DNA from: Pseudomonadota bacterium
GTDB lineage: Bacteria > Desulfobacterota > Desulfobacteria > Desulfobacterales > JBDRRP01
DNA length: 64,000 bases
Reading direction: 5' to 3'
Assembly (NCBI GenBank): GCA_043825735.1
Contig: JBDRRP010000022.1
Coordinates: 69,231 to 133,230, forward strand
Shown here: one piece after another, positions 10,171 to 18,200 of the stretch
Layout: every line of letters starts with the position of its first letter
Numbering within the stretch: the stretch's first letter is position 1
Made by a program: the position numbers and the translations under genes
Notes under the pieces: model-generated
Seen by the model: only the letters and a program-made list of their open reading frames with translations
What the model was told of the DNA's origin: nothing
Databases searched by the model: none

Positions 10171-10347
10171 ATGAAGAAACGCGACTTGGAAAATGCGCTT
10201 CGCAGGCTTGGATGGGCGTTTCTTCGTCATGGCAAGCGCCATGATATCTGGACCGACGGGGAACGCGAGGAGGCAATCCCTCGCCACAACGAGATCAACG
10301 AAACGCTTGCGAGAGCAATTCTTAGGCGAGCGGAGAGGAAATCCTGA
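10171..10347 (+). CDS. hicA: HicA-family mRNA interferase toxin
   Basis: MKKRDLENALRRLGWAFLRHGKRHDIWTDGEREEAIPRHNEINETLARAILRRAERKS. Size and the G-x-H ... IPRH pattern fit HicA/YcfA. The stop lies 1 nt before the hicB ATG. Confidence 0.8.
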   Translation: MKKRDLENALRRLGWAFLRHGKRHDIWTDGEREEAIPRHNEINETLARAILRRAERKS

Positions 10348-10348
10348 T

Positions 10349-10768
10349 ATGCGTTTTTACGGTAAAGTATATAAAGATGGAAAGTTCTGGCTGGCGGAGG
10401 TGCCGCTTCTCGATGCTATGACACAGGGCCATACGCGCATGGAGGCGTTTGGCATGGTTGCGGATTTGTTGGAGAGTTTGGTGAACAGGGCAGGTTTTTC
10501 AGTTACGGTGCACCCGGGCAAGCATGGAGACTTTGAGGTGAGCTCAAGCGATCCGCGCGCCCTGATCAGCCTGTTTTTACGACGGCAGCGTGAAAAGAGC
10601 GGCCTTTCGCTTTCCGAAGCCGCAACGCGGCTGGGCGCCAAGTCACGGAATGCCTATGCCCGATACGAGCGAGGAACCTCGATGCCGAGTATCGAGAAAT
10701 TGACTGAATTATATCAAGCGATTGCGCCCGGAAATGATATTGTTCTGCACAATAGTGTGATTGCATAA
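10349..10768 (+). CDS. hicB: HicB-family antitoxin with C-terminal XRE-type HTH
   Basis: Internal ATG of track ORF 10193..10768. MRFYGKVYKDGKFWLAEVPLLDAMTQGHTRMEAFGMVADLLESL is a HicB-type fold. The C-terminal HTH is SGLSLSEAATRLGAKSRNAYARYERGTSMPSIEKLTELYQAI. Confidence 0.8.
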   Translation: MRFYGKVYKDGKFWLAEVPLLDAMTQGHTRMEAFGMVADLLESLVNRAGFSVTVHPGKHGDFEVSSSDPRALISLFLRRQREKSGLSLSEAATRLGAKSRNAYARYERGTSMPSIEKLTELYQAIAPGNDIVLHNSVIA

Positions 10769-10813
10769 AATAGCTGGTGTGGATGCAAGCAACCCGGTTG
10801 CCGGCAGGGTCCA

Positions 10814-11100
10814 ACACACCATACTACTCATCAAAAGCGCCGCCCCTATCGGTTGTCCGCTACAAACGAGCCGCGACCGCCTGTGGCGGCTCGTCCTTTT
10901 TTTGTCAGGGCGTTACTCCAATCGGTCATACCGGGCTTGACCCGGTATCCAAGGGCGCTTTTAATTGGCCATTCTAAACAACTCAAGACATTGAACCGCG
11001 AAGCGCGCGAAGGACGCTAAGATTTGTTCGAATCGGGTCGCCGGGAAAAAGCCCCCGGCTCACAATTCGAACAAAGGGGCCCGGCCTGCGGGCATGTGGG
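10814..11100 (+). repeat. Right copy of the long direct repeat bracketing hicAB
   Basis: See 9731-10056. Confidence 0.85.
10868..10902 (+). terminator. Rho-independent terminator-like hairpin downstream of hicB (inside the right direct repeat)
   Basis: GAGCCGC-gaccgcctgtg-GCGGCTC followed by GTCCTTTTTTTG. The paralogous hairpin in the left copy is GAGCCGCCA-cgcccc-TGGCGGCTC followed by GTCCTCTTTTG (9781-9816). Confidence 0.6.
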
Positions 11101-11130
11101 AGAACAGGCGAGTCGATTAGACGCACTCAT

Positions 11131-11273
11131 AATTTTGATGCTTCCGTAAAAAGTCCGAATCTCTCGCAAAGCCGCAAAGATCGCAAAGGCAACACACGAA
11201 TATTAAAGGAGGTTTTCTTGGTGTGCTTAGCGTCCTTGCGAGAAAATTGCTTTTTTACGGATTCATCAATTTT
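11131..11273. repeat. Modular hairpin repeat, CGCAAAG-type
   Basis: Termini AATTTTGATGCTTCCGTAAAAAG ... CTTTTTTACGGATTCATCAATTTT are inverted copies. The left arm is CGCAAAGCCGCAAAGATCGCAAAG (11165-11188) and pairs imperfectly with GCTTAGCGTCCTTGCGAGA. Confidence 0.85.
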
Positions 11274-11458
11274 GAGTTTGAGCCGCTACTTTTATCTTGA
11301 TCCCATCCGACAATCTCGCTAAGAACATTTTCAGATCCCTCATCTACATTCTGGTTTTCCAGCTCAACTCCGGGAAAGCGGTTCGATCCGGCCTTTGCAT
11401 TGGCGCCGGTTCAGCTTCTGAAATGGTTCGGTTCGCAAGAGACCAACAACAGATGGCC

Positions 11459-11591
11459 TCGTAAAAAGTTGAATTTCTCATTTTTCTGTCATCCCGGCGA
11501 AGACCGGGATCCAGAGATTTCAAGCACTACTGGACCCCGGCCTTCGCCGGGAGTGACGCGCTTTGGGGCTTTTTACGGCTCCATCAAAACA
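11459..11591. repeat. Modular hairpin repeat, GTCATCCCGGCGAAGACCGGGATCCAG-type
   Basis: CCTCGTAAAAAG ... GTCATCCCGGCGAAGACCGGGATCCAGAG ... CTGGACCCCGGCCTTCGCCGGGAGTGACG ... CTTTTTACGGCTCCATCAAAAC. Same termini as the other modules. Confidence 0.8.
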
Positions 11592-11592
11592 G

Positions 11593-11760
11593 ATGATCCC
11601 GTAAAAAGTCTGAATCTCTCGCAAAGCCGCAAAGATCGCAAAGCTAAAGGATTGATATTAAATATGCTTTGTTTGGCGCACAGGGCGTCTTCTTGTCCGG
11701 CGTAGCTCGCAGAGCGAAGACTGATGCGAGAATATTGCTTTTTTACGGCGCCATCCAAAC
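11593..11760. repeat. Modular hairpin repeat, CGCAAAG-type
   Basis: GATGATCCCGTAAAAAGTCTGAATCTCTCGCAAAGCCGCAAAGATCGCAAAG ... GCGAGAATATTGCTTTTTTACGGCGCCATCCAAAC. Confidence 0.85.
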
Positions 11761-11997
11761 AGCCCATTGGAATTTCTCGGGAGAGATGCTGCCATAATGC
11801 TGGGGAATACGCATGACACCTTCGGAGCACCTTCGATCCGGTTTTACAATTTGGGTCCAACAGTTTCAGCGTCCGGACTTCGCCCGCGTAAACTAGCGGC
11901 GAAAGTCTTCCATTGGTGTTTTTGTATTGCAAAACAAGTCATCGAAATTGCTAAACGGAAATGAACGTTTTGAACAATTGTTGCGTCGGCATACGCC

Positions 11998-12049
11998 GCA
12001 TAACCGCGCGGTTTTCCCAAAATTTTCGGCGGTCGAATAACTGTTATGC
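11998..12049 (+). other. attC-like boundary site 0 (atypical)
   Basis: R'' GCATAAC (11998-12004) and R' GTTATGC (12043-12049) are perfect complements. The internal stem ACCGC(G)CGG / TCGGCGGT has a bulged G. The site is short (52 bp) and the spacers are asymmetric (0 vs 9 nt), so it could be a degenerate attC or a secondary/attI-like site. Confidence 0.4.
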
Positions 12050-12065
12050 ATCATGAGGATTACAC

Positions 12066-13676
12066 ATGCCGTATAGATATCTAAACGCTCTTTTAGCAAA
12101 AAATGAGTTCTCAGAACATGAATTTAATGATCTGTTGGCCTCTGACGTAAGTGTTACTCCATACGATGTTTCACCTGATCATGGATTTGAAGGTGTCCTG
12201 TATGTAAAAAATTCACAAATGCAGCGGCCACGCTGGAGTTTGCTGGCCGATGCAATTGTTGGTGCTCAGATCGACCAACTTGGTAATAAATCAAGTTCAG
12301 CAGTCTTGCTTATTCGTATAGATGACCATGTATTCGCTTTTACATTTGGATACGGTCGTTTCCTACTAAACATAGCATATTTCGTTCAAGATTTTGGTTT
12401 AAAAACTGCATTGAACACGTTGAACCAACAAAGTCTAAGAAGTGTTGATCTTCACACTTTGGAAGATCAGCCAATTCAGAAAAAATCGCAAGCCGTTAGA
12501 GGCGCGGAAGCGAGTGTGTTCGGCATTGATATCTTTCGTGATGTTCTTCGCGCGGTGACAGGGTCACCTCGAGCCGGAGTAGGATACAAGAATATTTCTG
12601 GTGGTGATGCTATCTATTCTTTCGGCTTGGAAATGCAGGTAAACGAATTCCCCGCTATCACCAAACAACTTTTATCATATTACCAGATTGATCTTTACAA
12701 AAGTTCTTTTGGTTGGGTTGATAATATACGACGAGTCAAAGATAGGGATACAATAAAAGACCTCGATGATTTATTAGTTGAATCTGTAAGATCTAAAGAT
12801 CCCGAGTTAGTCATCACTCTACCCGAAATAATTGCATGGGATAATGTCCATGGATTTAGCTTTACTCGATCAAAACGAGATCTTTCACCAACAATTGACA
12901 CTGAAAAATACCTCGAAAATATTAACGTTGAAGATGTCTCTATCGAGTCAATAAAAAAAGATCGCCTTTTTGTTACGGATGTACACGAAAACAAGTTTCC
13001 TTACTCAATTTATACATGCATCTACTTTGAGATTGATGGAGAAGATACTAAAAAAATAATCTTTGGTGGTCACTGGTATGAAGTAGACAAATCATTTATG
13101 TCAGGAATCGAAGCTACCCTATCAGAAATTGATCTGACTGATATTGAGTTTCCAGGCGTTGAAGTCTGGGTAGAAGATGATGAAAAAAAGATCGAAAATG
13201 AGGGCGATTACAATATACGGGCAGCTGAACACTTAAATTGTTACCTACTCGATAAAAAGCTTGTTAAATGCACAAAGACAACCACCCCAATTGAGCTTTG
13301 TGACCTACTAACAACAGAGAAACAACTTATTCATGTCAAACACAGGAAAGGAGGCTCTGCTGGTTTGAGTCACCTTTTTGCTCAAGGAGGCGTGGCCGCC
13401 GAGGTTCTGTTAGGTGACAAAAGATTCCGTAAAGAAGCACGCAAGGTCCTTAAGCGTGTCAATCCATTTGCGCGTGATCTTGTACCGATAAATAGTATTA
13501 ATAGCCCAGATTATGAAGTAGTGTTTTTAATCCTCGGGAATGAACATGATCAGGTAAAGGCGCAATTGCCTTTTTTTAGCAAAGTGAATCTTACGAGGAC
13601 ATATGAAAACCTTGCTCAACGTGGATTCAGAGTGAAAATTGGCGGGGCTCAAAAGGTCGAAAGAATTATTGCATAA
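12066..13676 (+). CDS. Cassette 1: TIGR04141/DUF6119-like sporadically distributed protein with a C-terminal (D/E)xK nuclease-like motif
   Basis: 536-aa ORF with a GAGGA RBS. Recognised family features: VFAFTFGYGRFLL, LRSVDLHTLEDQPIQKKSQA, and C-terminal PIELCDLLTTEKQLIHVKHRKGGSAGLSHLFAQGGVAAEVLL. The family assignment is from memory, not from a search. Confidence 0.6.
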   Translation: MPYRYLNALLAKNEFSEHEFNDLLASDVSVTPYDVSPDHGFEGVLYVKNSQMQRPRWSLLADAIVGAQIDQLGNKSSSAVLLIRIDDHVFAFTFGYGRFLLNIAYFVQDFGLKTALNTLNQQSLRSVDLHTLEDQPIQKKSQAVRGAEASVFGIDIFRDVLRAVTGSPRAGVGYKNISGGDAIYSFGLEMQVNEFPAITKQLLSYYQIDLYKSSFGWVDNIRRVKDRDTIKDLDDLLVESVRSKDPELVITLPEIIAWDNVHGFSFTRSKRDLSPTIDTEKYLENINVEDVSIESIKKDRLFVTDVHENKFPYSIYTCIYFEIDGEDTKKIIFGGHWYEVDKSFMSGIEATLSEIDLTDIEFPGVEVWVEDDEKKIENEGDYNIRAAEHLNCYLLDKKLVKCTKTTTPIELCDLLTTEKQLIHVKHRKGGSAGLSHLFAQGGVAAEVLLGDKRFRKEARKVLKRVNPFARDLVPINSINSPDYEVVFLILGNEHDQVKAQLPFFSKVNLTRTYENLAQRGFRVKIGGAQKVERIIA

Positions 13677-13733
13677 CAATTTGCTGGTAGGGACGCGCAA
13701 ACTGCCGCGCGCCCTACCAGCAATACGTTGGGA
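13671..13733 (+). other. attC-like site 1
   Basis: R'' GCATAAC contains the stop codon. Then aat, stem TTGCTGGTAGGG(A)CGCGC, loop, CGCGCGCCCTACCAGCAA, tac, R' GTTGGGA. There is one extrahelical A in the R''-side arm. R'' equals rc of the preceding R' (GTTATGC) at 7/7. Confidence 0.75.
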
Positions 13734-13753
13734 TAGAAAAAGGAGCACAATAA

Positions 13754-15163
13754 ATGCATGAAAAGATACTATATCTCGTTATCGCATATTCAATTGCTTC
13801 ATTCTTTGTTATTATTGGCATTTTGACTATAGCGGTAACCTTTTTCGCAAAAGCATTGGAGAAAAAAGGAATCGGTATATCGGATAAAATGAAAAATGTA
13901 TTATTCGCGAAACTTATTTTAGAAGTTATCGCTGTAGGATTTCTTATTTTCTATTCTGGGCCACCTGTTCCGCCCACAACAGGAAATCACACCATTCCTG
14001 GTCATATGAATCATGAAGTTTATCAAATTTACATTTCGGCATTTGATCAATTCGGAAAAGGCAACTATCAAGCTGCTATAGATTTGTTTGCCAGCGCAAT
14101 AGGAAAAGATCCTAAAAACTATATTCTTTATGCCAACCGTAGCGTTGTATACCTTCAAAACAATAAGACAACGGAAGCCATAGAAGATTTGAAAACCGCT
14201 ATGGATCTGTACGCTGAACTAAGCGATCAACAAAAGCGACGCGAACGCATGTATCGCCTTTTGATAGTTAATCAGTTGATAGCCGCGTATGTCTCAGCGA
14301 ATGAATATGAGAAAGCATGTACTATTTATGAAAATGAATCTAACTTGTTAGATGATACATCTGACTCAATAATGAGAATATATAATAATATTGGGAATGC
14401 TTTTTATGAAGATCACAGATGGGCTGAAGCCTCAACCGCATACGAGAAGACGTTCAATCTTGCGAAAAGTCTTGGTAATTCAGAAATGCTAATTAGATCA
14501 AGTATAAATCTTTCAAATTCAAAATATTGGATAAACGGTCAAGAGTTGCAAGCTTTAAGTTCCGCAGAACATGCTATAGAATTGCTCGACACATTCGATC
14601 TTGGAATTGAAAAAGAGGCAGAACTGAGAGCAAGCAGTCTCAATTCGCTAGGCCTTGCAAAATCAATATGCACTGAAAAAGGATTAAAAAATTATTCTAT
14701 TGATTTAATCATTGATGATTATTCTGAAGGGATTGAACTCTTAAAACCCTTTTCCGATAGATCGGAAACCGAATATCTTGTCTTGTCTAATTTATACGCT
14801 AATCGGGCTAATTCTTACAGAGAACTTAAAAATATCGAACTATCTTTTAGTGACTATACCACCGCATGCAATCGGTTTATAAATAGACGATATGAGAATG
14901 GCATTTCTCGTCAATTAGTTGGTATATATAAGATATTAAGAACAAAAGAACCATTACCTAAAAATGAATTGTATGCCCTAATATACTTTGCCAATAAAAT
15001 AGGTTCAAATAAGCCTCCGAAACAAAAGGAAGAGGACCACCAGTTACTGGCTGAAATAGAAACCAAACTTAAAAGTCATCAAAGAACCGAAATTCAAAAG
15101 CATGTATCAAAATATCTTGAGTTGGCGACAAAGATACCTAAAAATGCTTGGGAACAATTCTAA
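13754..15163 (+). CDS. Cassette 2: membrane-anchored TPR-repeat protein
   Basis: 469-aa ORF with an AAGGAG RBS. Two N-terminal hydrophobic helices (ILYLVIAYSIASFFVIIGILTIAVTFF, LILEVIAVGFLIFY), then TPR-like repeats (YQAAIDLFASAIGKDPKNYILYANRSVVYLQNNKTTEAIEDLKTAMDL...). Confidence 0.65.
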   Translation: MHEKILYLVIAYSIASFFVIIGILTIAVTFFAKALEKKGIGISDKMKNVLFAKLILEVIAVGFLIFYSGPPVPPTTGNHTIPGHMNHEVYQIYISAFDQFGKGNYQAAIDLFASAIGKDPKNYILYANRSVVYLQNNKTTEAIEDLKTAMDLYAELSDQQKRRERMYRLLIVNQLIAAYVSANEYEKACTIYENESNLLDDTSDSIMRIYNNIGNAFYEDHRWAEASTAYEKTFNLAKSLGNSEMLIRSSINLSNSKYWINGQELQALSSAEHAIELLDTFDLGIEKEAELRASSLNSLGLAKSICTEKGLKNYSIDLIIDDYSEGIELLKPFSDRSETEYLVLSNLYANRANSYRELKNIELSFSDYTTACNRFINRRYENGISRQLVGIYKILRTKEPLPKNELYALIYFANKIGSNKPPKQKEEDHQLLAEIETKLKSHQRTEIQKHVSKYLELATKIPKNAWEQF

Positions 15164-15234
15164 TCACAATATTGCCTTTTACTCGGATGGCAATTCCGCT
15201 GCGCTCCATTGCCACCGGTGAAGGCGCGTTAGCT
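15164..15234 (+). other. attC-like site 2
   Basis: R'' TCACAAT. Stem GCCTT(T)TAC(T)CGG(A)TGGCAAT against ATTGCCACCGGTGAAGGC. R' GTTAGCT (15228-15234). Extrahelical bases lie in the R''-side arm. R'' matches rc of the preceding R' (TCCCAAC) at 5/7. Confidence 0.6.
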
Positions 15235-15252
15235 TCGTAAACGAGAGTCAAA

Positions 15253-18200
15253 ATGCGATTTCTCAAAGACAGCCCGTCAATACCAGATGCCTTGTTAATT
15301 GCCCGTGATGAAGGGCGGGTGGTATTCTTTTGTGGTGCCGGTGTTTCAAGGGCGCGTGCAGGTTTGCCGGACTTCTTCGGCCTTGCTGACGATGTAATTA
15401 ACAAGCTTGGTGTTCCCACGGATAACCCTGCCTGTAAAATTCTCAATGAAGCCCGGGAGATAGACAATCGAACCGGTGTAAGTGGACTTATTTCAGCGGA
15501 TCGTATTTTCGGACTACTAGAGCGTGATTTCCTTGTACGTGATATCGAAGCCGCAGTTGCTGAAGCTTTGCATCCCGCTGAAGATGTCGGCCTATCCGCT
15601 CACCAAATTTTACTGGATTTGGCAACTACACCTGAAGGTAAGGTGCAATTGGTAACCACTAACTTCGATCGATTGTTTGAAGACTGTTCCGACACGCTAA
15701 AAATCTGGCAACCACCTCGTTTGCCCGATCCAGCGCGGCATGGTGAGATGGATGGGATAATTCACCTTCATGGCTATGCAACCAAGGACTACACCGGTGC
15801 GGAAGGCGACGGCTTCATTCTCTCAAGTTCGGAATTTGGTCGCGCCTATCTATCGGACGGTTGGGCAACTCAGTTTTTCAGAGAGATTCTATACCGCTAT
15901 GTTGTTGTATTCGTAGGATATACGGCAGACGACCCGCCTGTTCATTATTTGCTTGAAGCGCTCAATAAAAAGGCTGGTGGGCTTGACGGTGTTTACGCAT
16001 TTCAATCGGGCATGGCAAACGAGGCAGCAGCAAAATGGCTACACAAAGGTGTTGAGGCCATTCCTTATGCCGAAAATGATGGGCATCGAGCACTATGGGA
16101 AACATTAGCGGCATGGGCAGAAAGGGCAAAGGACCCTGATGAATGGTACAAATCAGTCATTGGCCTCGCCAAGAAGGGACCAGAGCAACTTCAACCACAT
16201 GAACGTGGCCAAGTAGCGCACATAATTTCAACGGTTGAAGGCGCTCGAAAATTTTCGGAGGGTGATGATCCTATACCGGCTGAATGGCTCTGCGTATTCG
16301 ACCCCAATCAGCGCTATTCAAAGCCGGGACGTACAGGGGGTTTTGGCGGGCATGGGCCAATTGTAGATCCGTTCGATCTTTATGGATTGGATACTGATAT
16401 TGTGCCCAAGCAAATAGATCCAGATGATTATTTTGAAAAACGGGAAGTTCCTTCAACTGCATGGGATGCCTTCGCGGCGAATAGGCTGGATCGGCAAAAT
16501 CTCAGAGACGATAGTTTCTCAGCTATTCGGGGGCATTGGGCAACAAACGTCCCCGTACTTCCATCGCGCCTATCAGAGATTGGCACATGGATAATGAAGG
16601 TAGCAGACCAGCCCGCTTCGGTATGGTGGGCAGCAAGTCAATTCGGACTCCATCCAGACATACAAAAGAGAATCCAGTGGCAATTGGAACGCTCGCAAAA
16701 AGAAGCTGGGTCGGTGATACGTCAAGCGTGGCGGTATCTGTTTGAGGCTTGGGAAAAAAACAAAGGAGGCTTCAGTTGGGATTGGTATAAGCTGAAGGCG
16801 GCAATTGACAAAGACGGCTGGAATAGTGCGGTAATTAGAAAATTTGTCGCCATCAATCGTCCATATTTAAAGGTTGAGCGTAATTATTGGAGTGGGCCGA
16901 AACCGCCTCAATGGGAGAAAGACATTAAAATTCAGGATATATTGAGATTAGAGGTGGAGTATCCAAAACCTATAGACGACGCGAATATACCTGATGAATG
17001 GCTCACATTTGCGGTACGAGAACTTCGGAAAAACCTTGAGCACGCGATGCAATTAGAAACCGAATTTTGTGGGTATGGGTTGAATAATATCAGCCCAATC
17101 ATACCGGATGATGCACCAGGTAGTGATCGCTACGGACGAACGCATGGTTTATCGGGTAGCGTTATATCGTTTTCGACGTTTTTCGAACGCTTGATTAAAT
17201 TTGACATTAAGTCGGCAAAGCAAGAAATAGAAGCCTGGCCCGTAAACGATGACACAATTTTCTCCCGATTAAGGATATGGGCATCTGGAAATGGTGAGTT
17301 GGTCTCTGCGAAAGCTTTTGGACCGGTAATCGCGGACTTGAGCGATGAGGCTTTTTGGGACAGCTACCACAAAAGAGATCTCCTAATGGTTTTGGCGAAG
17401 CGTTGGGGCGATTTGAGTGAGCAAACACGAAAAGAAATCGAAAATCGTCTTATTCAAGGTCGCACTAAGTGGGACGGCGAAGACGATGCCGAATTCATAC
17501 ATCACAAGGCATGGGCGACTTTAAACCGTCTTCACTGGTTGGTAAACAAGGGGTGTAAATTCACTTCCGATTTGGGTGCCGAAACCACGAAACTACAGAG
17601 CTTTGCAACTGAATGGAAACCGGAATATTCCGAGAAGGCCGCAGAGTCTATGGAAGGTCGTGGTGGTTGGGTTAAAACTGAAACTGAGCATTCATTACTT
17701 CTACTTGAGCCTCTTGATAGCATTCTCGCAAAAGCTTGTGAGTTGAGCGGGAAAAAAGGAGATTTTCTCGTCGAGAATGATCCGTTTGCTGGACTGTCTG
17801 CCGAACGCCCTATTCGAGCGTTCTCAGCTCTTTCCGACGCAGCGAAACGCGATGAATATCCAGATTGGGCGTGGCGCACATTCTTGAACTCTGAAGCACG
17901 AAAGAGTGACAAACCCCAATTCTCAGCACTTATTGCTGAACGCATTTCAAGATATCCAAATGACGCCGTGGCTGAATTTATTCGCCCCGCATCAGACTGG
18001 ATATTGAATATAAGCCAGCAACTTTCATCTAATTTTCCTAAATCTTTCGACAGAATAATATCGAAACTTGTCAACGTGCTTCGTTCTCAACCGCCTAGCA
18101 GCAACTCCGCAATCGTAAGGGGGAACAAAGAGCCTGATTGGACTATGGAAGCGATCAACGCCCCGGTCGGAAAAATTGCGCAGGCTCTATTTAATGATCC

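Noticed and set aside
11400-11932. ORFs 11400-11705(+) and 11573-11932(-) upstream of the cassette array, considered as possible intI remnants
   Set aside because: They read straight through the hairpin repeat modules, giving repeat-derived peptides such as FCHPGEDRDPE and LRSLRLCERF. They show none of the R..HxxR..Y tyrosine-recombinase motifs. No integrase-like ORF was found anywhere in the window.
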